Assembly (NCBI GenBank): GCA_016872915.1
Contig: VGYQ01000005.1
Span: 171 to 64,170, forward strand
Direction of reading: 5' to 3'
Origin: Planctomycetota bacterium
GTDB lineage: Bacteria; Planctomycetota; Phycisphaerae; Phycisphaerales; SM1A02
Length of the DNA: 64,000 bases
Below, piece by piece: positions 36,654 to 48,612 of this stretch. Made by a program: the position numbers and the translations under genes. Within the stretch, counting starts at the first letter, position 1; the number at the start of each line of letters is the position of its first letter. The notes below the pieces were generated by a model. It was not told the origin of the DNA and did not search any database. It saw only the letters and a program-made list of their open reading frames with translations.

Positions 36654-37628
36654 ATGACATCGCTGCCTGCATCAACGCCGTTCATCAGTCCACGGGCGCG
36701 TCCCGTGCGCGTGCGTTTGCGCGCCGTCTTTGAGTGGCTGATGGAAAGTGCACTCTTCCTCGTCACCGGACTCAGCGTGATCACCACGCTCGCCATCATC
36801 GTGATCCTTGTCCACGAGACATGGAAGTTCTTCACCATGCGCGGTGCTGATGGACAACTCCTTGTCCCTGTCAAGGACTTTCTCACGGACTCGATGTGGA
36901 GTCCGCTGCTCAGCAACCCGCCGCGATTCGGCGTGGCATCGCTGGTTTCTGGAACTCTGCTCGTCACGGCGATTGCCGCCGCGTTCGCGTTGCCGCTCGG
37001 GCTGCTGACTGCGGTCTATCTCAGTGAGTACGCACCGCGGCGTGTACGGAGCCTGCTCAAGTCGTTGCTTGAGATTTTGGCCGGCATCCCGACCGTTGTG
37101 TACGGTTTCTTCGCTCTGACATTCATCACACCGAATCTGTTGCAGCCGATTTCGGGCTCGTTCGGAACGCACAGCGCCATGAGTGCAGGCATCGCCGTCG
37201 GGATCATGATCTTGCCGATCGTCAGTTCGCTCGCGGAGGACGCGCTCCGTGCCGTTCCACAGTCGCTGCGTGACGGCTCGCTCGCGCTTGGGTCGACAAA
37301 GGCAGAGACGATTCTTCGGGTGGTGATCCCGGCGGCCCTGTCAGGCATCGTGGCGTCGTTCCTGTTGGCAATCACGCGCGCGATCGGCGAAACGATGATC
37401 GTGGCGCTCGCGGCGGGCGGCGGTGTGGCACAACTCACGGTCGATCCCGCAGCGCAGGTGCAGACGATGACCGCCTACATGGTGCAGGTGTTCCTCGGCG
37501 ACGCGCCCGCGGGGGGCGTGGAGTACCAGTCGAGTTACGCCGTGGCGTTCACGCTCTTTGCCTTCACCTTTGTCATGACGTGGATCGGTGCGCTGATCCT
37601 CCGCAGATACCGCGAGGTGTACGAATGA
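36654..37628 (+). CDS. pstC: Phosphate ABC transporter permease PstC
   Basis: Six-TM permease with the EAA-loop region LREGSLALGSTKAETILRVVIPAA. The stop overlaps the pstA start (ATGA). Confidence 0.88.
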   Translation: MTSLPASTPFISPRARPVRVRLRAVFEWLMESALFLVTGLSVITTLAIIVILVHETWKFFTMRGADGQLLVPVKDFLTDSMWSPLLSNPPRFGVASLVSGTLLVTAIAAAFALPLGLLTAVYLSEYAPRRVRSLLKSLLEILAGIPTVVYGFFALTFITPNLLQPISGSFGTHSAMSAGIAVGIMILPIVSSLAEDALRAVPQSLRDGSLALGSTKAETILRVVIPAALSGIVASFLLAITRAIGETMIVALAAGGGVAQLTVDPAAQVQTMTAYMVQVFLGDAPAGGVEYQSSYAVAFTLFAFTFVMTWIGALILRRYREVYE

Positions 37629-38596
37629 CGCGCCCCGAAGCGCCACTCACTTCGCGCACACGCATGAGCCAGGTCGTGCTGATCGCGTGCGCACTGGCAG
37701 CGTTCATCGCCGTGACTGCGCTGGCGTCACTGCTGCTGTCCATCGCGGTGGAAGGAACAGGATCGCTCTCATGGAAGTTCCTGACATCCTTCGCCTCGCG
37801 GAAGGCGGCCAGTGCCGGGATTCTGGCACCGCTTGCGGGATCCGTCTGGGTCTGTGCGATCTGCGCGTTCGTCGCCATCCCCATGGGGATCGGGACGGCG
37901 CTCTACCTCGAGGAGTACGCGAAGAAGTCGAGGTTGCAAGGCATCATCCAACTCAACATCTCCAACCTGGCCGGCGTGCCAAGCATCGTCTACGGATTGC
38001 TTGCGCTTGCCGTCTTTGTGCGCTGCTTCGGATTTCGTTCTGGTGAAACACCGCTGTCGTTCTCCGTCGACTGGAGTGCGATGCGCATTCTCTCGCCGGG
38101 CGACCCGGACAGCCTGTGGTTCATTCAGATTCCCTTCGGATCCGGGGTGTTGGCGGGCGGTCTCACGCTGGCGCTCGTGGTGCTTCCGATCATGATCACC
38201 GCCAGCCAAGAGGCGCTGCGGGCCGTGCCGAAGTCGCTGCGGCAGGCTGCGGAGGCGCTCGGTTCAACGCGCTGGCAGGTGGCGTGGCGCGTCACATTGC
38301 CTGCTGCACTTCCAACCATGATGACGGGTGCGATACTCTCCATCAGTCGTGCCCTCGGCGAGGCAGCCCCGCTGCTTGTGATCGGCGGATTCCTGATGGT
38401 GATGCAGACGCCAACGAACCTCATGAGTGACTTCACCGTTCTCCCGATGCAGATCTACAACTGGTCGGGGCGTCCTCAGGAGGAGTTCCACCGAATCGCG
38501 GCCGCGGCGATCATCGTTCAACTTGCCGTGCTGCTCACCTTCAACGCCCTCGCCATCTTCGTACGACAGTCATTCCAGAAGCCACTTCAGTCTTGA
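37625..38596 (+). CDS. pstA: Phosphate ABC transporter permease PstA
   Basis: Permease with EAA-loop [27 protein letters not shown] at 37625 overlaps the pstC stop. Confidence 0.88.
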   Translation: MTRPEAPLTSRTRMSQVVLIACALAAFIAVTALASLLLSIAVEGTGSLSWKFLTSFASRKAASAGILAPLAGSVWVCAICAFVAIPMGIGTALYLEEYAKKSRLQGIIQLNISNLAGVPSIVYGLLALAVFVRCFGFRSGETPLSFSVDWSAMRILSPGDPDSLWFIQIPFGSGVLAGGLTLALVVLPIMITASQEALRAVPKSLRQAAEALGSTRWQVAWRVTLPAALPTMMTGAILSISRALGEAAPLLVIGGFLMVMQTPTNLMSDFTVLPMQIYNWSGRPQEEFHRIAAAAIIVQLAVLLTFNALAIFVRQSFQKPLQS

Positions 38597-39483
38597 AGCC
38601 CGTGCCACTCGAAAACACCACCATGACGCAGCCTGCCGAGTCCGCACCGCCCGAGCGCCGTGACAGCAGCGCGGTCTTGCCCGTTGCTGCTTCCGCCATG
38701 CCACCGGTGGGCGCCGCCGCGCCAACTCCCCCTGCCGCCGTTGCAATGCGGCGCTTCAGCGCGTGGTACGGCAGGCATCAAGTGCTGCAAGCGATCGATC
38801 TTGACATCCCCGAGCGGCAAGTGTGTGCCTTCATTGGCCCCTCAGGCTGCGGCAAGAGCACGCTGCTGCGCTGGGTGAACCGCATGAATGATTCGATCGT
38901 GGGCGCGCGCGCGGACGGAACGCTCACGCTGCACGGCAGCGATCTGCTCGGGCGCACCGTGGATGTTGTCGCGCTGCGACGGCGCGTGGGCATGGTGTTC
39001 CAGAAGCCCAACCCCTTTCCAAAGTCGATCAAAGAGAACGTGGTCTTCGGCGCAAAGCTTCATTATCGCCTCGCGCGCGCGGACCTCGATGAAATCGTCG
39101 AGAAGGCGCTGCGGGCCGCCGCACTGTGGGACGAGGTGAAGGATCGGCTTGGGAGCCCTGCACTGGGACTCTCGGGCGGGCAACAGCAGCGACTCTGCAT
39201 CGCGCGGGCGCTCGCCGTGGATCCCGAAGTCTTGCTGATGGACGAACCATGTTCAGCGCTTGATCCGCGTTCCACGGCTTCGATCGAAGCACTCATCCGA
39301 CAGTTGCGCACCAACTACACGATCGTAATCGTGACGCACAACATGCAGCAGGCATCGCGTATCTCCGATACGACGGCATTCTTTTTCGAGGGCAGGCTCG
39401 TCGAAAATAGCGCGACCGACCTGCTCTTCACATCACCGACACAGAAGCAGACCGAGGACTATGTCTCTGGCCGATTCGGCTGA
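38593..39483 (+). CDS. pstB: Phosphate ABC transporter ATP-binding protein PstB
   Basis: Walker [13 protein letters not shown], signature LSGGQQQRL, Walker [13 protein letters not shown]-loop VTHNM. Start ambiguous: TTG 38593, ATG 38623 or ATG 38698. Confidence 0.9.
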   Translation: MKPVPLENTTMTQPAESAPPERRDSSAVLPVAASAMPPVGAAAPTPPAAVAMRRFSAWYGRHQVLQAIDLDIPERQVCAFIGPSGCGKSTLLRWVNRMNDSIVGARADGTLTLHGSDLLGRTVDVVALRRRVGMVFQKPNPFPKSIKENVVFGAKLHYRLARADLDEIVEKALRAAALWDEVKDRLGSPALGLSGGQQQRLCIARALAVDPEVLLMDEPCSALDPRSTASIEALIRQLRTNYTIVIVTHNMQQASRISDTTAFFFEGRLVENSATDLLFTSPTQKQTEDYVSGRFG

Positions 39484-39500
39484 GCACCAGGGAGGGCACG

Positions 39501-40157
39501 ATGGCAGTCAACCTTCAGAATGAGATCGTGGAGTTGCGCCGCTCGCTGCTGAGCATGGGCGTACTCGTGGAACAGCGCGTGAACACTGTCGTGGACTCGT
39601 TGGTCGACTCCGACCTCGACTCTGCACAGTCGGTCCGTCAGGGTGATGACGAAATCGACCGCATGGAGGTTGCCATTGAAGCGCAGTGCATGCGACTGTT
39701 GGCGTTGGCTCATCCCGTGGCGACGGACTTGCGTTTTGTGCTGGCCGTGATCCGCATCAGCGGCGAACTCGAACGCATCGGCGACCTTGCCCGTGGCATC
39801 GCCAAGCGCATCATCAAGTTGAGTCAGATGGAGGCCGTTGAACTACCACCCGTGCTGGTCGATCTCTCCTTCGGTTCGCGCACGATGCTGGGTGATGTGC
39901 TCTCGGCGCTCGGGAATGAGGATGCGGAACTCTGTCGCCAAGTGCGACGCTCCGATCAGCGGATCGATGAACTGCACAAGACGGTGCTCGCATGGGCTCG
40001 TGATCAGATGGCCAAGAATCCAGGCTCAGCCGGACTCGCCATCGAGTTTCTCAGCATCGGACAGCGCTTTGAACGCATCGCGGATCTTGCTGCGCATGTC
40101 GCTGATGATGTGATCTTCCTGATCGAGGGTCGCGTGGTTCGCCATCAGCCCGCCTGA
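39501..40157 (+). CDS. phoU: Phosphate signalling complex protein PhoU
   Basis: Duplicated PhoU repeats with the D-xxx-D / E-R-x-x-D motifs (GDDEIDRMEV, ELERIGDLA, FERIADLA). GGGAGGG RBS upstream. Confidence 0.9.
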   Translation: MAVNLQNEIVELRRSLLSMGVLVEQRVNTVVDSLVDSDLDSAQSVRQGDDEIDRMEVAIEAQCMRLLALAHPVATDLRFVLAVIRISGELERIGDLARGIAKRIIKLSQMEAVELPPVLVDLSFGSRTMLGDVLSALGNEDAELCRQVRRSDQRIDELHKTVLAWARDQMAKNPGSAGLAIEFLSIGQRFERIADLAAHVADDVIFLIEGRVVRHQPA

Positions 40158-40204
40158 GGCCATCGCTTGCCGCGGACGGATCATCCGCTATCATCTTCGC
40201 CCCC

Positions 40205-40339
40205 ATGCATTACCCACACAAGACCAGCCGCCGAAAGAAGGTCCGCTCCGTGGGCTTCCGTGCCCGCATGAAGACCCGCGCAGGTCGCAAGATCGTGAAC
40301 CGCAAGCGCCGCGTCGGCCGTCGCATCAATCCGCGCTGA
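40205..40339 (+). CDS. rpmH: 50S ribosomal protein L34
   Basis: Not in the ORF track (44 aa). Translated by eye: MHYPHKTSRRKKVRSVGFRARMKTRAGRKIVNRKRRVGRRINPR, containing the L34 core GFRARMxTxxGRxxxxRxRxxGR. Confidence 0.88.
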   Translation: MHYPHKTSRRKKVRSVGFRARMKTRAGRKIVNRKRRVGRRINPR

Positions 40340-40342
40340 ACA

Positions 40343-40891
40343 ATGACACCTCCGCTTCGGGGGATTGTTCTCATTGGCATGCGGGGGGCGGGCAAGACGA
40401 CCGTTGGCTCCATGCTCGCCAAGGCATTGGGGTGGACCTTTGATGATCTCGACGACCATGCGCTGAGTCGGTCCGGGCTGCAATCTGTTCGCACTGTCTT
40501 TGCACAGCGAGGGGAACCTGCCTGGCGCACACTTGAGGCAGAGGCAATGCACGATCTCTTTGCCGGACTTGAGGCACGAGCCAGTGAGCGCGCGGTGGTG
40601 GCCATCGGAGGTGGAGCACCGATCGATCCCCGCTGCAGCGCCGAACTTCAGCGTGCGCGAATGGCGGGTTGGCGAGTGGCATGGATCCGAACCTCCCTGC
40701 CGAGACTGATGGAACGCCTCAGTGCCGACACGGGCGATCGACCTCGGCTCAGCACCGCTCCTCTCGAGCAGGAACTGGCGTCGCTCCATGCTGCTCGGAG
40801 TCCCCGCTACGAATCGCTCGCTGATTTGACCGTCGATGGGGATGCGCTGCCCGCCGATGTGTGCGCAGTGCTCGCGTCGGCGCTGTCCTGA
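40343..40891 (+). CDS. aroK: Shikimate kinase
   Basis: P-loop LIGMRGAGKTTVGSMLA followed by DLD, and the GGG motif (VAIGGGAP). Starts 3 nt after the rpmH stop. Confidence 0.85.
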   Translation: MTPPLRGIVLIGMRGAGKTTVGSMLAKALGWTFDDLDDHALSRSGLQSVRTVFAQRGEPAWRTLEAEAMHDLFAGLEARASERAVVAIGGGAPIDPRCSAELQRARMAGWRVAWIRTSLPRLMERLSADTGDRPRLSTAPLEQELASLHAARSPRYESLADLTVDGDALPADVCAVLASALS

Positions 40892-41628
40892 GTCGGGGTG
40901 GCAAGGCGCTCAAAGCAGATACGAATTTCGGGTTCTTCACCCTCGACGAGTCCGAGTTCTCGCAGCGCGGCAAGCGCAGCCGCCTGTTCGGCACTTTTCT
41001 TTGTGAGCCCCCACTGGAGCCCAAATGCGCGTCCGCCAATTTCTGCACGAACGGCGAAGTTTTTCGAGTGATCAGGCCCCTGCTGATCGACGACGCAGTA
41101 CACCGGAACACTCGCGCTCATCGCCTGCGCCACCTGCTGGAGCACGCTCTTGAAGTTCATTTGATGACCCGTGCGATACGCCGCATCGACATGCGGTTCG
41201 ACCGTTCGGAGAACAAACCTCCGTGCGGCATCGATCCCTGCATCAAGGTAGAGCGCAGCGATCAGAGCTTCGAAGCAACTTCCAGCGATCGAAACAGGGA
41301 GGGCGCTTCCCGCGAATCCCTTTCCAACAACGATGAGCGACGAGAGCCCGAGGTGTGCCGAGTACTCCGCACACTTGGCTCTGCTCACGAGATACGACTT
41401 GATCTTGGTGAGCGTTCCTTCATCCGCCTCGGGGTATCGCACGAACAGATGCTCACAGACAACGAACCCCAAAATGCTGTCGCCGAGGAATTCGAGACGT
41501 TCGTTGCTGTCAATGCGCACCGCGGCAAAGGATGAGTGCGTCAGCGCACGCGCGATCAGCGTTGGGTCGGAAAAACGGTGCCCCAGGATGGCCTCGATCT
41601 GCGACTGCGCTTCCGAACCGATCGGCAT
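40807..41628 (-). CDS. rnc: Ribonuclease III
   Basis: RNase III signature ERLEFLGDSILGFVV and a C-terminal dsRBD (GPDHSKNFAVRAEIGG...KKSAEQAAA). A tail of about 45 aa overlaps convergent aroK by 85 nt. Confidence 0.9.
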   Translation of the reverse strand: MPIGSEAQSQIEAILGHRFSDPTLIARALTHSSFAAVRIDSNERLEFLGDSILGFVVCEHLFVRYPEADEGTLTKIKSYLVSRAKCAEYSAHLGLSSLIVVGKGFAGSALPVSIAGSCFEALIAALYLDAGIDAARRFVLRTVEPHVDAAYRTGHQMNFKSVLQQVAQAMSASVPVYCVVDQQGPDHSKNFAVRAEIGGRAFGLQWGLTKKSAEQAAALAALRELGLVEGEEPEIRICFERLATPTQDSADASTAHTSAGSASPSTVKSASDS

Positions 41629-41664
41629 CAGACTCTCCGCGCGACCAAAGGACCGCGCCGCGCG

Positions 41665-42054
41665 TCAGCGTTCTGGCCCGAAGTATCCGCTCGCCAGATG
41701 CTTCGTCAGGCGCGATGCGTCAAGCGGTGAGGAGAAGGATCGGAACGTCAGTGCCATCCGCTGCGGACCCGCATCATCGAGGTCATCGAGCACGCGCACC
41801 ACGCGCCCAGTCGACCGAATCGACTGGAGCATGCCAGGCAAGTGAAGTTCCACCTCGATTGGGGTGCCCTCTTCGAGTGGCTCATCAAGCTCAAACCGAA
41901 GTCCATTGACGGACACGTCGTAGGCATGCCCCTCGAATTCACTTTGCACTCGATTGGGCTTCTCCACAGAAACGACCACGCGGCTATAGCCCACTTGTGG
42001 CGAGAAGCGATCGGCTGCGCGTCGATCGGCTGCACTTTGGGGGGCCATGACCAT
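41665..42054 (-). CDS. PilZ domain protein (c-di-GMP receptor type)
   Basis: RxxxR motif in DRRAADRF and D-x-S-x-x-G motif DVSVNG. ATG at 42054 or 42048; the ORF-track start at 42132 lies in the AT-rich spacer. Confidence 0.7.
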   Translation of the reverse strand: MVMAPQSAADRRAADRFSPQVGYSRVVVSVEKPNRVQSEFEGHAYDVSVNGLRFELDEPLEEGTPIEVELHLPGMLQSIRSTGRVVRVLDDLDDAGPQRMALTFRSFSSPLDASRLTKHLASGYFGPER

Positions 42055-42176
42055 GGTTATCGTCCAATTAGGAAACAGAGGCTTAACAAATGTGGCACAA
42101 ATGGAACGCCACACCTGCAATGTGCATTTCAATTACGAAGATGCAAGTCAGATTGTTCTTTTGTTAGCCTCATATC

Positions 42177-43199
42177 GTGAATGAATGTCAAGTTTTGAGC
42201 GAAAGCAAAGTTTTTGCCGCACGGCAAGCCTTTGTGGGAAAGACAGTTGCGGTCATTGGTTATGGCAACCAAGGGCGCGCTCATGCTCTGAATCTGCGAG
42301 ATTCTGGGGTTTCTGTGCGGGTGGGCTCCTCCCCAGAGTCTCGTGGCTTCGCGCGTGCCGAGAATGATGGCTTTTGCCCGGAGATTGCGACAACCGCGTC
42401 TGCCGAGGCGGACCTGGTGATAGCCGCCCTGCCAGACACCCTCCACCAGAAGCTTGTCCCTCCACTTTTCGAGTCGATGCGACCAGATGCGGTCATCGGT
42501 TTCCTCCACGGATTTTCAATGCATTTCAATCTGGTGTCGCTGCCCAAGCACCGAGATGCCGTGCTGGTTGCTCCCAAGGGCCCAGGCACAGCCCTTCGTC
42601 AGCGCTACGTCGAAGGCATGGGCATTCCAGCCCTCATTGCAGTCGCAGGATCGAAGGACGCAGCCGCCGCTGAACTGCTTGCGCTGGGCTGGGCGGACGG
42701 GATCGGCTGCACGCGAGCTGGCGTCGTCCAAACAACTTTTGCAGCCGAAGCGGAGACCGATCTCTTCGGTGAGCAAGCGGTGCTGTGTGGCGGTCTGATG
42801 GGATTGATTCGTGCGGCATACGAGACGCTTGTGGAGGCCGGCTACCCCCCGCTTGTGGCGTACATGGAGTGCGCGCACGAAGTGAAGCAAATCGCAGATC
42901 TTGTGTGTGATCGCGGACTGGATGGCATGCTCGGCGCCATTTCGCCCACTGCTCGTTTCGGGGCCGTGGATGCAGGACCACGCATCGTTGATGATGCGCT
43001 TCGTGCACGGCTGAAGGCGTTGCTCGGATCGGTGCAAGACGGCTCGTTTGCGAAGCGCCTTGCAAGTGAAACGGAGGCGGGATGGCCGAAGACTTCTGAA
43101 GTGCGCCGCGAACTGCATGCAAGCGGCATCGAGTCTGCGGGACGCGATGTGCGTGCCCTGCTGCCGTGGCTGCGAAATCCACAGGGGAGTTCACACTGA
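42177..43199 (+). CDS. ilvC: Ketol-acid reductoisomerase (class I)
   Basis: GKTVAVIGYGNQGRAHALNLRDSG Rossmann motif, plus FGEQAVLCGG and AYMECAHEVKQI motifs. GTG at 42177 or TTG at 42195. Confidence 0.9.
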   Translation: MNECQVLSESKVFAARQAFVGKTVAVIGYGNQGRAHALNLRDSGVSVRVGSSPESRGFARAENDGFCPEIATTASAEADLVIAALPDTLHQKLVPPLFESMRPDAVIGFLHGFSMHFNLVSLPKHRDAVLVAPKGPGTALRQRYVEGMGIPALIAVAGSKDAAAAELLALGWADGIGCTRAGVVQTTFAAEAETDLFGEQAVLCGGLMGLIRAAYETLVEAGYPPLVAYMECAHEVKQIADLVCDRGLDGMLGAISPTARFGAVDAGPRIVDDALRARLKALLGSVQDGSFAKRLASETEAGWPKTSEVRRELHASGIESAGRDVRALLPWLRNPQGSSH

Positions 43200-44092
43200 C
43201 ACTGCTGCAAGCGATACTGCTCGGCCTTGTCGAAGGCATCACTGAGTATCTGCCCGTCAGTTCCACAGGGCATCTCATTCTGCTTTCGCGCGCGCTCGGA
43301 TTGGCCGAAACGGAAGCGAGCCGGAGCGCCATCGATCAATTCAACATCGTGGTGCAGGGCGCAGCGGTCCTGGCGGTCCTGGGCCTCTACAGAAATGATG
43401 TGCTGCGAATGCTGCGCGCCATCTTCGGTTGGATCGGTGGAGTTGATCGGCTGCCACTGATATCGATGGAGGCGGATCTTCGCCTGGCACGCAACCTTTT
43501 GCTCTCGTTTGTGCCTGCAGCGGTGATCGGCAAGCTCTTCGATGAGCGGATCGAACAGCTGCTCTTTGGAAGTGTGCCGGTGATGTCTGCGCTTGCAGCG
43601 GGCGGTGTGGCGATGCTGCTCATTGCGCCCGTGGTGCGCCGACGCGCTGCCGAGTCAGCGGCCATTGCAGAAACGCGGCCGACAGGTGCCTCCATCTCAG
43701 CGCTCGCGGCGGTGGCGATCGGCTTCGTGCAGTGCATCGCCATGGTGCCAGGCACCTCGCGGTCCATGGTCACCATCGTTGCGGCGCTCGCCTGCGGCAT
43801 GCATCCGCGGGAGGCAGCGAGGTATTCGTTCCTGCTGGCACTGCCGACGCTCGGCGGGGCATGCGCATACAAGGGTTCGAAGATGCTGAGTGAGGGTGGA
43901 TCGGTGGAAATGCTCGGTGGATGGGTGCCGATCGGGGTTGGGCTTGTTGCCGCATTCATCAGTGCCGCGCTGAGCATTCGCTGGCTCGTGGGCTTCCTTG
44001 GGCGCGGCGGGTTCGCATTGTTTGGCTGGTGGCGGATCGCGCTTGCCGCTCTGGTCGGCATGGCGCTGCTGCAGGGGTGGATTCCAAGGTGA
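43166..44092 (+). CDS. uppP: Undecaprenyl-diphosphate phosphatase
   Basis: LGLVEGITEYLPVSSTGHLIL and PGTSRS motifs of BacA/UppP. Multi-TM. The GTG start overlaps the ilvC end; the start is uncertain. Confidence 0.85.
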   Translation: MAAKSTGEFTLTLLQAILLGLVEGITEYLPVSSTGHLILLSRALGLAETEASRSAIDQFNIVVQGAAVLAVLGLYRNDVLRMLRAIFGWIGGVDRLPLISMEADLRLARNLLLSFVPAAVIGKLFDERIEQLLFGSVPVMSALAAGGVAMLLIAPVVRRRAAESAAIAETRPTGASISALAAVAIGFVQCIAMVPGTSRSMVTIVAALACGMHPREAARYSFLLALPTLGGACAYKGSKMLSEGGSVEMLGGWVPIGVGLVAAFISAALSIRWLVGFLGRGGFALFGWWRIALAALVGMALLQGWIPR

Positions 44093-44135
44093 TGCGCCTT
44101 GGCGAGTCAGGTCTCGCGCAAGCCGTTCATCGGAA

Positions 44136-44693
44136 TTGCGTAGCATCCCCTCGCGAGTGGCAGCCTTTCTGCAACTTCTTCTCGGTCTTCGCAGCCTCGC
44201 GATCCGCATCGTGATCTTTGTGGTGCTTGCGGGCGTTTTCGCGTGGATGATCGGGGGGTCAATCTTCCCCGGCTCTCAAGTCGTCAACCTCCCGAGTTTT
44301 CAGTGGCGACAGCAGGCGTGGAATCTGCAGGTCACAGGCAACGGCAATCGTGCGGCTCCCGTGCGTTGGCGGCTCCTGTGCGTCGATGCGCGTGGTGATG
44401 TCGTGGAGCAGACGCTCGGCATCGAAGGCATCTGGCGCGAGGTGCACGGACCGGTGGTGCACGCGGGTGGCATGTTGATCGCCGCGCACGCCGAGGGGGA
44501 TGGCACAAGCGGTTGGTGGATCGGTTCCATGAGCAACGACGGTACGGTCGGCGCGCGCGCGGCAGCGAGCGAGCAAGAGGCACGCATGGTGCTGCGCGGC
44601 GCCGATGGAGCGAACCAACCGGCTGCGGAACTCCCGCAGGGCCTCCCGGCGGGTGCGCCGGCGGCCGCACCGGCTTCAGCGTCTGGCCTGTGA
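44136..44693 (+). CDS. Hypothetical membrane-anchored protein
   Basis: A single TM (IRIVIFVVLAGVFAWMIGGSIF), then a soluble region with an Ala/Pro-rich tail. Only TTG 44136 or GTG 44157 starts are available after the uppP stop. Confidence 0.4.
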   Translation: MRSIPSRVAAFLQLLLGLRSLAIRIVIFVVLAGVFAWMIGGSIFPGSQVVNLPSFQWRQQAWNLQVTGNGNRAAPVRWRLLCVDARGDVVEQTLGIEGIWREVHGPVVHAGGMLIAAHAEGDGTSGWWIGSMSNDGTVGARAAASEQEARMVLRGADGANQPAAELPQGLPAGAPAAAPASASGL

Positions 44694-44747
44694 GCAAAGC
44701 CGAGCCCGATTGTTCGCGCCGCACACGATGCGGACGGACGCGATGAC

Positions 44748-47431
<2,684 letters not shown>

Positions 47432-47480
47432 GGGTCCTTCGATCCAGTTTCCGAGTCCCAAATCATAGCATCGGCATTCC

Positions 47481-48362
47481 ATGCAGCCTCACCCAAGAAT
47501 CGCAGTATGTTCCTGGAGTTTGCGCCCAGAATCGCCCCACGCGCTGGCGGAGCGCCTGCAGGCGCTTGGGGTCAGGCGCATTCAGCTGTCGCTGGTGCCC
47601 TGCGCCACCGACCCACTGTGGCGAGGTGGCATTGAGGTGCTTCGTCATGCGGGCATAGAGGTCGTGAGCGGCATGCTTGCGATGGCCGGCGAGGACTACA
47701 CGACCCTCGAGTCGATCGCCGCAACTGGCGGTGTCCGCAGCGATGCGCATTGGTGTGCGAATCTGGATCGCGCCCTGCAAGTGGCCGCGCTCGCGCAGCA
47801 GCACGGGATTTCACTCGTGACATTTCACGGCGGCTTCCTGCCACACGACGCAGGAGATCCCCTGCGGCGCACGATGCTGGATCGCATTGGACGGATCGCG
47901 GATGCGTTCGCACGGCATGGAGTCGCGTGCGCCTTGGAGACAGGACAGGAAAGCGCCTCGACGCTGATCGCAGCGCTCGAAGCGCTCGCACCACATGATG
48001 TGGGCGTCAACTTCGACCCCGCGAACATGGTGCTCTATGGCATGGGTGATCCGCTGGAGTCTGCGAAGGCGCTCGCTCCATGGATTCGCCAAGTGCATAT
48101 CAAAGACGCGCAGCCCACCGCGCAGGCCGGCACGTGGGGGCGCGATGTCCCGGTCGGTGAGGGCGTGGTTCCGTGGGCAGACTTCCTTCGTGTGATCGGA
48201 CCGCTGCGCTGGCGTGGGCGGCCCGTGCACTTGGCGATCGAGCGCGAGTCGGGACGCTGCCGCGACGCGGATATTGCGAAGGCGCTCTCCATGCTCGACG
48301 CTGCTCGTTCTACACTCGAGGTATCCGATGCCGACCTACCTCTACTGCGTCGTGAATCCTGA
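47481..48362 (+). CDS. Sugar phosphate isomerase/epimerase (xylose-isomerase-like TIM barrel)
   Basis: IAVCSWSL, ETGQES, VNFDPANMVLYG and HIKD metal-ligand contexts are typical of AP-endonuclease-2 / xylose-isomerase-like TIM barrels. Confidence 0.7.
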   Translation: MQPHPRIAVCSWSLRPESPHALAERLQALGVRRIQLSLVPCATDPLWRGGIEVLRHAGIEVVSGMLAMAGEDYTTLESIAATGGVRSDAHWCANLDRALQVAALAQQHGISLVTFHGGFLPHDAGDPLRRTMLDRIGRIADAFARHGVACALETGQESASTLIAALEALAPHDVGVNFDPANMVLYGMGDPLESAKALAPWIRQVHIKDAQPTAQAGTWGRDVPVGEGVVPWADFLRVIGPLRWRGRPVHLAIERESGRCRDADIAKALSMLDAARSTLEVSDADLPLLRRES

Positions 48363-48612
48363 CGGAAGCGACGGCGAGGCGTTTGAAGTCTTTCAGCCGA
48401 TGTCCGAGGCGGCGTTGACGCAACACCCGGAGGATGGTCGACCCGTTCGCCGCGTCCCTGTCGCAAGCCAGATGCAGTTCGGCAGCGATGCGTCGCGACT
48501 GTCCAACAAGAATCTCGACCGTCTTGGCTTCACGAAGTATGAGCGGGCGGGTGACGGTGTGTGGGAAAAGAAGGCTGGCAAGGGCCCTCCGAGTATTCAC
48601 CGCGATGAGTGA
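48328..48612 (+). CDS. FmdB-family-like small protein with degenerate (largely Cys-less) zinc ribbon
   Basis: MPTYLYC...FEVFQPMSEAALTQHPEDGRPVRRV parallels the FmdB pattern MPxYxYxCxxCG..FE....m....l..CPxCGg.v.R, but three of the four Cys are replaced. GAGG lies 7 nt upstream of the ATG. Confidence 0.55.
   Translation: MPTYLYCVVNPDGSDGEAFEVFQPMSEAALTQHPEDGRPVRRVPVASQMQFGSDASRLSNKNLDRLGFTKYERAGDGVWEKKAGKGPPSIHRDE

Noticed and set aside
42090-42167. 25-codon ORF upstream of ilvC as a leader peptide
   Set aside because: The peptide is not enriched in Ile/Val/Leu codons, and no terminator/antiterminator pair was found.
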